This document shows positions 14,100 to 26,950 of a DNA stretch of 64,000 bases, piece after piece. The notes under the pieces were generated by a model. The model had not been told where the DNA came from, searched no databases, and was given only the letters and a program-made list of their open reading frames with translations. A program made the translations under genes and the position numbers. The number at the start of each line of letters is the position of its first letter. Position 1 is the first letter of the stretch. Source of the stretch: Octopus vulgaris (Eukaryota); contig OX597814.1 in NCBI GenBank assembly GCA_951406725.2, forward strand, positions 44,702,001 through 44,766,000, read 5' to 3'.

Positions 14100-15152
14100 G
14101 TTTTATAGAACTCTACAATTTAGAATCTGGTCTTCGAAGGGAATTTCAACTCCAATTACCCGGTTGCTGAATACCTTTCTTTGCTGAAAAGCGTCGAGAT
14201 GCTTGAAAATGCAGTGACTGGTAGGAGTAGCAGCTAAGAAAAAAGTATGAATGATGTATTGTTTCGTGACTTATTCCATTTACGTAGTTATTTTTCAAGA
14301 CGCGCGGTGTTTTAATGGAAAAAAAATTAGTCCTTTCGCCTGGCCCATACACGGTGTAAAAGTTGCAGTTCTTAATGAATTTTCTTGCTTTTTCCTAGCA
14401 ATCGATTTTCTGTCATGGTTTCACCAGGTTTCAAGGCATAGTAGGGGATGATTCTGTTTGCTGATCAACAAAACCTAAGCATAACCATTTTTGATATAGC
14501 ATCGGTTCAACTCGGCCTATCCTGTCAGTTATATAGAATTCTTTTTTTAGGCACATGTTACTATTCAGTTAATTAGATAGTTTTTTCTTGGGGAATACAT
14601 ACGTATAGCAGATATCGTAATGGTAATTTCTTTCTAGTTCAGCTCACGTGACACTCAATAGTTTTCATTTTGTTTTTAATTTTGAATCTTCAGCTAATAA
14701 TTCTTCTGCAGCCTTTCGAGATGCTTTGCGTGGGGCGGCTTTAATATTAGCCTTCAACTGGTCATTGTTAATTGCGGAAAGTCGTCCGCAGTCTTTCTCA
14801 TCGTCGAGGCTCTCGGCTCCAATACGAAAATCTTCAAATATAAATGTTGATCTTTATGTTCAATTTATTACCCTCTCTCCAAATGCTTGCGTGAATTTGG
14901 AAGCGGTTTCTTTTGGTCTGCGCTACATTCGAACCATATGCAGTAAAACTCTCGAATTTACTTTCTTTATTGCCATCTTAATTTCGCAAACTAAAACAGT
15001 GAAGAATAAATAGTAAAAGCAAAGCCATTAGCATAAATCAATAGACCAGAATCTACGCTGCAAGTTTGCACGAACAAAAGATGTAGTTTCTTCCTAAATA
15101 ATCATTAATTTTTAAAATAACAAAACGAAAACAATTATTTTTGTGCCACCAT
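14100..15152 (-). mobile_element. Degraded mariner (Hsmar1/cecropia-like) relic
   Basis: Minus peptide ..SLDDEKDCGRLSAINNDQLKANIKAAPRKASRKAAEEL resembles the mariner HTH2 region; right end AAACAATTATTTTTGTGCCACCATA resembles a mariner TIR. + ORF 14648-15013 is antisense. Confidence 0.7.
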
Positions 15153-16084
15153 AAGTGTTTTGGTAAACGAAATAAAGTTTTGCTTTTTCTCGCTTGTAAT
15201 TGAACATATTGACGAGAAATAAACGCAGAATACACGCCAAAAGACTTCGCTATCGTTTCTTTATTGAATATTTATTATTTACATATATTTACCATTCCCC
15301 TTCAAATAATTTCTAAAACATAAGGTTATTTCTAACTTTTAATTGTTAATAGTCAACTAGAAAATTATCCATCTATGAAATGTAAATCTTACACATAATC
15401 ATTTCATAAATTAAGCTTTCGTTTCACATAATACATTTTAAACTGAATATTCTTTTGAAAAATGCTTGAATGAGTTTCAAAAGAAAATAATTATGCGATG
15501 AATGTTCATTTTATTTAATTATAATCTTTCTCATTTCAATATTGAACATATTTAAGAGGAAAATATAAAATAACATCAACTCTTGCAAGAAAAAAAAGTA
15601 ACTAATTTCTTGTATAACATGTATATATGTTGTGTTTATTTCCTCTTTTCCTTTCAATGCATTACAAATGATTTCAATGATTTAATGGTAAAAAGAAGTT
15701 GTACAAAGAAACTAAAGTCGTAAAATTGTGATTTTCATAACACAAAAAAATATTATAAATCGGTTTTCATATTGAAAAAAAAAAAGACGTGGGTGAAAGG
15801 AACTCATTTTGAACATTTAATAAATACAACTAAACAGAGAGAAAGAACATTGAAGATTTTTGATATAAATGTATGCGTGTATACTTATTTGCATATATAA
15901 AAAAAATATGCAGTTTTTTCACTCTTCCTACGTAAATTTTAAGTTTCCACACAATGTTTTATATACACATACAGGCAGACAAACCGAGATTCACAAACAC
16001 ACATTATACATACATACATACAGACAGACGGACAGATAGATAGATAGATTCTATATTTATAAATATATAAGTGTATGCATATAT

Positions 16085-16179
<95 letters not shown>

Positions 16180-16703
16180 TATATGCATATTAAGTATAAA
16201 CTTTTATTACTAGATTTACTGTCGGAAATTTTGGGCAATGGTAAAGAAATGAACTGAAACTCAATGACATCAGTCATTGATGGATGCTGCATTGCTGCAA
16301 CGTCGCAATCTTTCTGTCTATCTTACTTACAATGAACGCTAATGAACGACGTATCCATTAAGCCACTCATAAAAACATTATACTCAAGTTTACAAAGGAC
16401 GATTGAAAACTACAGTATTCGCAAATATTGATTTCTTACATAGAGAAAAATTCGTAAATTTGGGGGAACGAAAGAATTAGTTTTATGGGCCCCTCTGTAG
16501 TCGAAGGGTAATGATGACGAAGTCGACAATTGAAATCAGAATAGAAGTTCCAAAACATCTAGTGTAAAGTATTTTGTTTGATTCTCTAATGATTCTGTCA
16601 ACGACGTTGCTTATAATACATTCTGATATAGACCACACTGAGATTAAAATTAAGCTAAGCTTCTCCTGTAGGATATATACTCGCAACTTATATATATATA
16701 TAT

Positions 16704-16936
16704 ATCATTCGCCACAATAGATCGCTAGCCACCATACCTTTTTTTCTATTTTCGCTCCCTATTTATTTCTGTGTTCCTTTCTGTCGAAGAACGTAGGCTC
16801 GAGACGTAAAAGACTTTCTCACTTCCCGAGCGTTAAAATAATACATCTGTTTGTTGTTTACACTCCTGTCTTCGTGTTTTGTTTTGTTTTTTTTTTTGTT
16901 TTTGTTTTTTTATTTTGAAAATTCTCACTTTATATA
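16704..16936 (+). mobile_element. Short non-coding TA-flanked interspersed repeat carrying a minimal hammerhead-like motif (copy 1)
   Basis: Homologous to 36712-36892 (GCGTAGGCTCGAAACGTAAAAGACTTT...GAGCGTT..AATACATCTGTTTGT...CCTGTCTTCGT); (TA)n on both sides. Confidence 0.7.
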
Positions 16937-16944
16937 TACGATAG

Positions 16945-17105
16945 TCGTCCTCACATTTTCTGTCAACCAAATTCACTCACAAGACCTTGGTCAGCCCGGG
17001 TGTGTAGTAGAGGCGAATCGACCAAGTTGTCGCGCAGAGGAACCGAACCTGAAAATACATGGTAGCGAGGGGAATTTCTTAACCACACGGCCATAACTGC
17101 GCTTA
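16945..17105 (-). mobile_element. SINE family B fragment
   Basis: TTTCTTAACCACACGGCCAT head and CCAAATTCACTCACAAG core in reverse. Confidence 0.7.
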
Positions 17106-17339
17106 TGCATCAGTATATGATGTAACTGAGTTTTAGCGTTTCAGTGTTTGTATATTTTCTCTCCCGAATGAGTATTTATTCATGTATGAGATTATAGCTT
17201 ACGTATATCTAGTTGCTTTCATTTTTATTACTTGAACTCAATGTGAAATGCAGTTACCTCTAAATTTGAGAATCGCACAGATGACAAATGAATCACTCCA
17301 TGAAGAAAACTAATAGTAATAAAACAAAGGAGTGGCCTT

Positions 17340-17520
17340 CATGTAGCTGCTTCATGTTTTAGAAATAGCAGCTAAATTTCCCTCAGATCCCATCCTACCA
17401 ACTTAAGTTGATAAAACGGCATTGAGAATTATAATGCATGACATACATATATACATGTTTATCTGTTTATATACTATATGTCGGGTAGATCAGAGCCGAC
17501 AGGGAGCTAAACAACGGCAA
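17340..17520 (+). repeat. Old dispersed repeat (GAAATAGCAGCTAAAT.TCCCTCA.ATC motif)
   Basis: Related copies at ~18950-19140(-), 22020-22200(-), 29240-29360(+), 57230-57340(-), 58870-59040(+). Family not identified. Confidence 0.5.
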
Positions 17521-19895
17521 TCATGGCCCGTTTTCTTTTGGAAATGACTAAACATTGCCCAATGTAATAACTCTGATTGGCCTTCAGTCATATTGCAGAA
17601 TTCAATTTGTTTCAAGGGTTTGAAATACCTCGATATTTTGTTTCACTGCTTCTTAAAACATCTTTGAGATGTGCCATTATATGTTACAGGGTAGAGTTGA
17701 AAGTGTATACTGTTTGTTATGTGGTGCTGCTGCTCAGTCCACTTGCAGCCTCTGAATCGATCTGGGTTAGTTCAAAGAACCAATATAGTGATTAGTAACA
17801 ACTCGTACATCGAAGCTTCTTTTTACTGCCTTCTTCATACCATTCTCAGTGACCCCGTGAAAGTCACGAGGGAAGTTCCTTCTGAATGTGACATTAAAAA
17901 ATTGCTTTTTGATGTTATTTTCATAAAATTAACTGTGAAATTAACTGCAAGTGTACTCTGTTCGTTATTTGTTACCGTAGCTGAAATAAAATGTAGCTGA
18001 AATAAAAGTAGCGAAATAACCATTATTTCTATAATAGTCCCTCTGCGTTAGTGACAGGTTCTACTTGAACAGAATACTTAATTGCTGGTTAGGCGGACTG
18101 TATCAACGACAATTGAAGATCTATGCAATGAATATATTGATTGCATCATCGTGATGTTAAAACAACCGGTACATTAGTTGATAGCTTTATATGACTCATA
18201 TACCAAGGGAAAAGCTAAACTAACCTAAGTCTAACAATGATTTGTTCAAACATAACAATCTTGAGAAAAAATTTCATTCTCAATCATTTTTTCAAAAGAG
18301 CTATAGAGCAAATATTAAGTTTCATAGTAACCAAGACATTTTTCTCCTGTAATATAAATTGCTTATATACTTAATTTAAAAGGGGAAAATTAAACCCTAC
18401 TTAAATAATATAATAGACTGGGAAATATATTAGTGCACCAGGAAAACATGTAGACGTCAACTCGCGTAGATCCGTTTGAAATAGTTGACGTCATCGCTGC
18501 AGCATAAAGAAGCATATTATTTAAGAGAATCGTTGCTAAGATCGACTTTACCTTTTATCGTTCAAAGCAAGATAAACTAAATACCAGTTACCTACTGCGA
18601 TCGATATAAACGATTGTTCTCTTCCTTCTTCCAAATATGTAGTCTTGTACACAATAACTAATCAATATATTTGTAGAAAACTCTAAAATCTTAAATAGAA
18701 AATAACGTGAAAAGTGTGCTGCAAACTTTTGAAAATTTATTAATCTATAATTTCAGTAACATTATTAGATATTTCATATTTTACATGTATTTCATCCATG
18801 GGAAAGGAGATGAAGTTTATTGGTAATATACTCTTCATGCCAAACATAACCTCTCTACGCTGGCGTCTGTATACAATTGTTTTTCTTTTCTTGTTTTATT
18901 TTTTTATTGTTTGTTATGGGAATCCATATTGAATTACGTTGATTGAATATTTATTGTTCAGCCTCGGATCAACGTTGATTCAGCAAACCAGTGAAAATAC
19001 ATTCTAACCATAACTATCGAATGATATTAGAGAAATGTAAGGCTACATTAGCTAGCATGTTTTTTTTTTTCTTATTAAAGGCGGTAGGGTATGATTTGGC
19101 GGTGGGAGATATGCCTTTTGTTTCGCGCAGGTCAAGCGACCGTTTATAGTATACATTACCTCCGAAAATCTAGCTGTGCAGATACATTATGCATGTGGTA
19201 TCCATTTCATTTTCGTTGGATATAATAATAAGTCGGGTGTTCCTACTAATCTCTGCGTCTTGTTATGACCGTGGCAATCAGTTCGAAGTGAGGAACAAAG
19301 TTACTAGAACAAAAATATTAAATTACACATTAATGAAACACGAACTAAGCAGAAATTGGCGCGCATTTCCACAACCAATTTAGTCTTGGTAACAATTTTC
19401 CTCATATGTCAATATATGAATTAGTTTGCTCAAATTTCATAGCATAAATATCAGCGTCATACTGTACAAAGAGACTTCATGTATACAATATATAACGTAC
19501 GAACTTTTGAAAACGTTTTCTGTTATCTGATTTGCATATTTAGTATGTTGGCTGTGAAAATGCTATAAGAATAACAAAAATACCAAGAACATCACACATG
19601 CTCGCATGAATCACTCACACTCACAAGTATATGCTTATAATTCAACACATATGCAACATACATCAACCCAGTGAAGGATCCTGCACATGACCTCAACGCT
19701 CGAACTACTAGAAACATCAGTCATGCCATCTTGTAACTATTCTCTAGTTTCTTTGATGAAAATATGTACTCGGAGATACAGTATTCCTAAAAGCACCATG
19801 AGGAAAAACGGTCTAGTTGTTCAGAACAGCAACAGAAACAGCAATAACTGCACACCGACCAACACACACACACACAGACATACACACACACACAT

Positions 19896-19935
<40 letters not shown>

Positions 19936-20349
19936 TCACTTACAAATTGCTCTGGTTGAAACAAAGGTGAAACACGTTGTAATGTGAATGTAATAAAAAT
20001 AACGCTTCCTGTAACTGCTTCGGCTCAAACCAAAGCTGAAATGCTTGTTAAGGACGGTGTAACATTCTAAGAATTAGATGATATATGTATGCTTGAGCAA
20101 CCTTTGTGGTTAGATTGTAATAAATCTTTCAGTAATGACGATAACTATTTGGAGATTTGCAAACGAAGTTAAACAAAAATATAATAAATGAAAATGACAA
20201 AAATAGTAACATTAAAATAAAAACAAAAATGTCACTATGAAGCACAGACCAGTAACAATAATGATACTACTATTACTACTACTATTGCTACAATTATTAC
20301 AACTGAAACTACAATCTGCTACAACTACTATACTACAACCAATAATAAT

Positions 20350-21425
20350 AATTGCTCCTAACAAGAGCACAAAGCCTGAAAATTGAGGGAGTGGAATAGT
20401 CTATGACATTGATCCCAGTACTTGGCAAGTACTCATTTATCGATCTGGATGGTTGAAATCAAAACTGATATCGATTATATTTGAATTTAGAACATAAGGT
20501 AGATAAGAAATACCACAAATCATCTCGTCCGATGTTCTGTTTTGCCAATCTATCATACAACAGCAATTACAAAATTATATTGGTTTCAAATTTTGGCATA
20601 AGGCTAGCAGTTTGGAGGAATGGGGTATGTCGATTACAGCAACTGTAGTGTTTAACTGGTACTTATTTTATCGACTTCGTAAAGATGAAAGACGAAGTAG
20701 GCCTCGGCGGAATTTAACCTTAGAACGTTAAGGCGGATGAAATGCCGCGAAGCATTTCGCCCGATGTACAAACAAATCCGTCACGTTGCCACTTTAATCG
20801 CTGTCATAATAATAGTTTCAAGTTTTGGCACAAGTGAATAATTTCGGGGGAATGGGGTAAGTCGATTACATTGACCTCAGTGCTCAACTGGTTCTTATGT
20901 TATCGAGTCCGAAAGGTTGAAAGGCAAGGTCGACCTCGGCGGAATTTGAATTGAGTATGTAAAGACAAACGAAATGCTGCTGAGAATTTAGCCCGCCGTG
21001 ATAACTAACAAGTATGCCAACTTGCTGTCTTAGAATTATAAAATGATATTAATAATTGTCATGATGATGCTAATACTAATTATTTCTAATTTTGGCACAA
21101 GGCCAGCAATCTTGAGGGGAGGTTGTAGTCTATTAAGTTGACTCCAATACTTCATTGGTATTTTATTTGATCAAACCCGGTGGGATGAAAGATAACGTTG
21201 GTTTCGGCGGGTATGTATACTCAACATATAACCGGAAAGTATGCCGCTAAGCATTTTGTCCGATGTGCTAACAATTCTGGTATATTACCAATAATAATTA
21301 TTATTATTGTTGTTGTTATTTCTACTTTTTGACACAAGGCCAGTAATTCTGAGGTTTGGGTAAGTCGATTACATCGACACCAGTGCTTGAGTGGTAATTA
21401 TTTCTTCCACCTAGAAAAGATGAAA
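20350..21425 (-). mobile_element. Head-to-tail cluster of five family-A SINEs
   Basis: Units start at ~20355, 20580, 20815, 21085 and 21320, each with GGCACAAGGCC..GTCGATTACATCGAC..GATGAAAG..CGGCGGAATTTGAA; separated by AAT-rich spacers. Confidence 0.85.
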
Positions 21426-21429
21426 TTAA

Positions 21430-21600
21430 AGTAGCAGTAGTAGTAGAAGTGGCGGTGGCGGCACTAGCAATAGTAGCAGTTCTTGAAGAAAATAGATTGT
21501 GTGATGATGACCACGACTACGGTGGTGGTGGTGGTGGTGGTGGTGATAACGACGACGACGACGACGATGAGGAGGAGGTGCAGGAGGATGTGGTGATGTC
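21430..21600. repeat. Compound trinucleotide tract (GTA/GGT/GAC/GAG)
   Basis: Directly visible. Confidence 0.85.
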
Positions 21601-23489
21601 CGTAAATAGTTATCCGTTCAAATGAGCTGAAGATAAAGGTAGCACCCTCGAAATGATGAGAATTTATGTGTTCATTCCTGACAGTATATTCATATTTAGT
21701 GTAGTCGTGTGAATAGAAGAGATACTAAAACAAGAGAATGATGTGTAGTACAGCATGACAAGCAAGCTATTCAGGCTCGAAATTATAGAAAGGAACAAAT
21801 GTTGTTTCTGTTGTGCTACAACCGTTCATTTGCTTTTAATATTTTTGCTCTTTTTTTATTTGTTATCTTCAGTTTTATTTTGCTTATTTCTAACTCTGGT
21901 ATCTGATTTATTATTCGAGCTGTAGTTTGTAATGTATGATGAATATATGTTGTTTTCCTTGCTATTATTGTTTGTAAAAAATATTTTTGTTATTATTATG
22001 TGGTTGTTATTGTTTGTAGGTTTAACACTCGGTTATCTCAATGATCAGGTATACCTATAGTCAGTCGTTCCAGTCATAACCACACCGATTTGAGTCAGGT
22101 ATAACGTGTATCGAAATGCATTTTACAGATATATTTATACTTTTTTTAAGTCGCTACTGAATTTCGAGGGAAATTTTCCTGCTAATTTTAGCCAGTAAAC
22201 AGCTCAGGGTCCTGTTGATGTTGTTATTAGTATGCTTAGTTCGGATACCGATCTGAAATTTACCAGTTTCTGAAATTAAATATCGCCATAGTTATTTTTA
22301 ATGGGAACCATCTAATATTTATTTTTAATAGTCCATGCATATTCAGTATGTTGAAACTAACTGACCTGTTTGCTGTGTTGTTGGTGTCTTTGAATTATTC
22401 AATTTGTAAACATTTCTATTTTCATATGCCAAACAACACAGTATCTTGTACAAATGATAATTCATTCATCACTATTTTGGTACTTTGAAGGATATGTCAG
22501 AATAAGATATCACAATAATATCAAAACATGTCTAAAATTATCTCCTCTGTGAAAAGAGAAAATATTTTTAATTGACTAGTACAGTTTTTTTGTTATAAAG
22601 TTGTCCATGTATCAAAAGTATTAGCAGTAACTTAACGTATTGTTCAATTTTTTTTTCTTTCGTGTAGACATCTTTAATTTCTAAACGACTTTATTTTATA
22701 TCAGTTTGAGAACGATATTTTAAAAAATACAAAATTCTTAAGCAAACTAGTTTCTGTTTGTCTGTCTAGCTTACAAGACTCTCTCTTGTAAATATAAAAT
22801 AGAGAAATATATTATTTTTGTTGTTGTTATAGTAGAAAATGACAATAGCGTAAAGGAATGTCTTGGTGATAATCGCACGAGATACAACGTGCATGAGATG
22901 GGGACAAAGATTATCTGAAAGATGTGCCTCTATCTCGGTTTCGATTTCTAGTTGTAAGTAATTCTTCTATCCTACATGCATTGGCTCTTCAAATACATTT
23001 TTTCTCTGTAAATGCGAGACCACAGGGAAAGAAATCCTTAATAGTTCCAACCCTATAACAAATAAGTATACCCTCCAAATTTGTGATTTAGTTTCTGAAA
23101 TGGTCACTTGTTCTTTCTTTGTTATTTTTTTTTTTCATTAGTTTGTCAGGATAGAACAATAGGCTTCAATATCATTTACAGAACTGGTAAGACAGATGTA
23201 ATTAATGACAAGCAATCATTTCAAATTGATACACAATGGTCTTTTTCCAGCACCACATCATAGGTAACGTCATGACAAAATGTCAAGCAGAAACCAGAAT
23301 AGTAGATGTTCAGCGCAAGTGAGATCTAGTGGCGTATAAGAGCATGCTCGTTATAACATTCAAACGTTTATGTTGGTGCTCTGATCTGAATATATTGCTA
23401 TTTGGTTTTAAATACAGACTACGATCGATATTACAATTACGTTATCTCAATGAGGTACTGTGTATATGATATCAGTTTAAATGTTTTAA

Positions 23490-24412
23490 AATCAAATTTT
23501 GATACAAGGACAATAATTTAACTGGGAGTGGCGCTAGCCGGTTACATTGAGCTCCTGTGCTCAACTGGAACATATTTTATCGAACTCGAAGGATGAAAGG
23601 CAAAGTCAACCTGGGAGAATTTGAACGTAAAGCCTGATAAAATACCTTTAAGCGTTTTGTCTGTATGCAAACTATTCTGACAGCTGGCATATGTCATCGA
23701 AGATGGACTCTGAGATGCGTTTTGTGCCTCATGATGACAAAATTCTTTATCATCATACCCATCATTTGTTTTTGTAAATTGCACTACAGTATGCCTGAGC
23801 GCTGTCAGAACCAGTATATGGTAGGATTTTCAGTGACACTAATTCCCCTTTCTAATATAGGCACAAGCCCTTAAATCTTGTGGTAGAGTTGTAGGGTGCC
23901 AAGTCGATCCGAAGAGATGAAAGACAAAGAGGACCTCGGTGGAATTTGAACTCAGAACGTAAGCATTTTGTCCGGCGTGTTAACGATTCCGCCAGGTCGC
24001 CGTCTTAGAGTGATACAAATAATCTTTTCTACTCTAAGCACAAGGCCCGAAATTTTGGGGGCGGGGGCCAGTACGCAACTGGTACTTAATTTATCGACCC
24101 CGACGAAATTTGAACTCAGAACGTAAAGACAGACGAAATACTGATAAGCATTTTTCCCGGCTAGCTTCTGCCATCTCACCTTTACAGAAAAATAACCCTG
24201 TCTATTATAGACACAAGGCCTGAAATTTGGTGAGAGGGGGATACTCGATTACATCGACTCCAGTGCTTAGCAGATACTTAATTTATCGACCCCGAAAATA
24301 CGAAAGGTAAAGTCGACCTCGTCACTATTTGAACTCAGAACGTAACAACGGGCGAAATACCGCTAAGTATTTCGTCAAGCATGCTAACAATTCTGCCATC
24401 TAGCCGCCTTAC
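23490..24412 (-). mobile_element. Cluster of four family-A SINEs (some internally deleted)
   Basis: Units at ~23490, 23850, 24025 and 24200 with the same diagnostic motifs. Confidence 0.85.
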
Positions 24413-24571
24413 GGTGATACTAATAATATAACTAACTGCTTTCACTTTAATTTAATGTCTATTATCTATTTCTCCCTAAATTTTGCCTGATTGAAATCTT
24501 TGATTATTTGTGTGGTCAGTACAATTATTATATGTACATTCACTTAGATATCAAAATTATGTTTGGTATTA

Positions 24572-24762
24572 AAACAGCAAGCTGGTAGAATTGTTGGTTA
24601 TGCTTAGCGGCATTTCGTTCGCTTTATCGCTCTGAGTTCAAATGTCGCCGAGGTCGACTTTGTATTTCATCCTTTCGGAGTCGATGAAATAAGTATCATT
24701 TGAGTACCATTTGACTTACCACCTTCCCCGAAGTTGCCGGCTTTGTGCCAAAATTTGAAACT
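24572..24762 (+). mobile_element. Family-A SINE, plus strand
   Basis: GCTGGTAGAAT A box, GAGTTCAAATG B box, GAGGTCGACTTTG.ATTTCATCCTTTCGGAGTCGAT, tail TGTGCCAAAATTTGAAAC. Confidence 0.85.
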
Positions 24763-25224
24763 AATCATATATTTGATATTGTTTCTTTTTTGTGGCCTTT
24801 TGGAATTATCCCTGATCTTGAAGTGTTTACTCTGATACCTTAATCCATTATGTTATAAATGCAAAATATTTATAAATTTGATTGTAAATCTTTAGTTACT
24901 GATCATCGGCTCAAATATCAGGACTTATATTATTTCTTCAAAAACAGTACAAGCCAATTCGTCCTAACATGCTCATTATTCTGTTCATCAGTGTACATTC
25001 GACTTGAAGTTCCATTTAGGTTTTTATTTTTAAGGTAATGCAAAATATAAGGCTTTCATCATTTTGAACTTAAAATTATATTTTATTGAATTAGGCATTA
25101 CACTACAAACGGATCAAACCCATTGGTACGTTCTGATGAAATTTAAGATAGATGTTCTTGTTTCAGAAGCACCAACGAATATACGTGAGCCGTATTTCGG
25201 ACTAGATTATAAATGACGTTTATA

Positions 25225-26498
25225 TCAGGCCATTCCATAAGTTCTGTCCGAATTTTGAATAAAGAAAACACGTGATCAAATGTTATATTTAATTGAAATT
25301 TAATCATCAATGTACTTTCCCTGATTATCTATGACTTCCTTACATCTATTTACAAGCTTTGTAATCCCATCAATGTAAAACTCTTTTGGTTTCAGAGCAA
25401 AGAACTCTCAAATGTCAGTTTCGACCGCCTCCTGCCTTGCGAAAGTTATGTCCCTCAAATGATTCTCTAAACTACGAAACAAATGGTAGTCTGAAGACGG
25501 AAGACCGGGAGATTAAGGTGGATGAGGGATTGTTTCCTAACCAAGCTCTTCGATTTTCTGTGATGTTATCTTTGCAGTGTGGGCTCGCGCATTGTCCTGA
25601 TGAAACATCACTCCTTTTCGATTCACTAAAGCGGGTCTTTTTTTCTTTAAAGCTTAGTTCAAACGCTCTAATTGCTGACACTAGACTTGAGCATTGATTG
25701 TTACATTAGGTGGTAACAATTCAAAGTGAATTACTCCTTTGCAATCCCACCAGATAGAGAGAAGAATATTTTTCCCATGACGTTCCCTTCTCGGTTGTGG
25801 TTGAGCCTTTTCCCTTTTACCAAACCACCGTTTACGACGTTTCACATTTCGAGAGGATATCCATTTTTCGCCACCAGTCACAAGTCTTTCCAAAATGGGT
25901 GACATCATGAGTTCGCGAGAATGGAGAGAAGAGCAGATGTCAACTCGGGATTTGCGGTTGCGTTCGGACAATTCATGAGGCACCCATTTTCCAAATTTAG
26001 GAACCTTTCGAAGTTGTTGAAGATGACGGTGAACAGTTATATGGTTTGAACCGAGCTTTATTGCCAATTTTTCAACTGGTAATGCAGGCTTTTCTTCAAG
26101 TAATGCCTCAAGGAGCTTATCATCAAACTCAACTGGACGTCCTGTTCGAACTTCATCTTGAAGGCTGAAATCTCCACTTCTGAATTTTGCAAACCATTCA
26201 AGCATTCTTTCCTATAAACTGAGTGTATGTTTCGAGTCGCTTCGGCTGCAAAGTGTCCTTTTTTTTGTACTCATAAACCATTATGTGCCTCAAATGCTCT
26301 TTGGATATTTTCATGTTAGAAAGAATTTTACTCAAAGAAATTTTAATTCTATTATTCTGTAAAATATTATTTAATTAGTTTAAATATACACAAATGCATA
26401 AAAATATTTTTTAATTCCATTAGACATTCTAAAATACTATTAAATTTCATTCAATTTTTAAAAAGGTAAAATCGAACACAATTTATGGGATGACCTGA
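25225..26498 (-). mobile_element. Full-length (1274 bp) mariner DNA transposon, D,D34D type, inactivated
   Basis: TA target duplication (25223-24, 26499-500); 27-bp TIRs TCAGGCCATTCCATAAGTTCTGTCCGA / TCAGGTCATCCCATAAATTGTGTTCGA (5 mismatches). Transposase runs from ATG ~26314 (MKISKEHLRHIM) through WFAKFRSGDFSL, WVPHEL, VTGGEKWI, LSIWWD and HPP*SPGLPSSDYHLFRSL to stop ~25300, with frameshifts and stops. Confidence 0.95.
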
Positions 26499-26519
26499 TA
26501 GAATGCCAGCAACGGACAT

Positions 26520-26950
26520 GAGCTCAGACGTTTCCTGGACATACTGCAAACTGTGCGTTATTTTTTAGTTTGGAGAGAAAAGCACAATTGTTTTACTTTC
26601 GTATATGTAGTCACTGAGTCATTGATTGCGCGGCTGAAAGTGTCCAGGTTTTCATATCCTTCTCTGACTCCAGTTCTCAACTTCATTGTTCGTAGACGTT
26701 TTGTATTGTTCATGTGAGGCCTCATAGTGACCAAGTCTTGAAGTGACATCAATATGGGAGAATTCACTGAAAAAGAGGTTGACGGAGTTCTAGAGTAAGG
26801 ATTGGAGGGAAGCCTATTGCTTGAGGTAGATCTTAGTCGTTGTCATTCAAGCTCTTTCAAAATCCTGTGGTCATTAATGAGAATAGACGTGAACATAGGA
26901 CGAAGATACGGAATTTTGAATCCCCTCACTGCAGTCTCATTACCTTATGG
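26520..26950 (-). mobile_element. Possible very old RTE-like LINE 3' remnant
   Basis: Degenerate peptide ..FKIPYLRPMF..RILKEL..RTGVREGYEN, loosely like the RTE C-terminus; weak. Confidence 0.3.

Noticed and set aside
17840-17980. Possible minus-strand coding exon (ATVTNNEQSTLAVNF...GSLRM) with TTTATTTCAG acceptor and GTATGA donor
   Set aside because: One open frame but no recognisable domain and no partner exons; cannot be distinguished from chance.
20350-21425. Regularly spaced repeats suggestive of a CRISPR-like or satellite array
   Set aside because: Units are ~230-bp SINE copies with pol III boxes; eukaryotic context, no cas genes.
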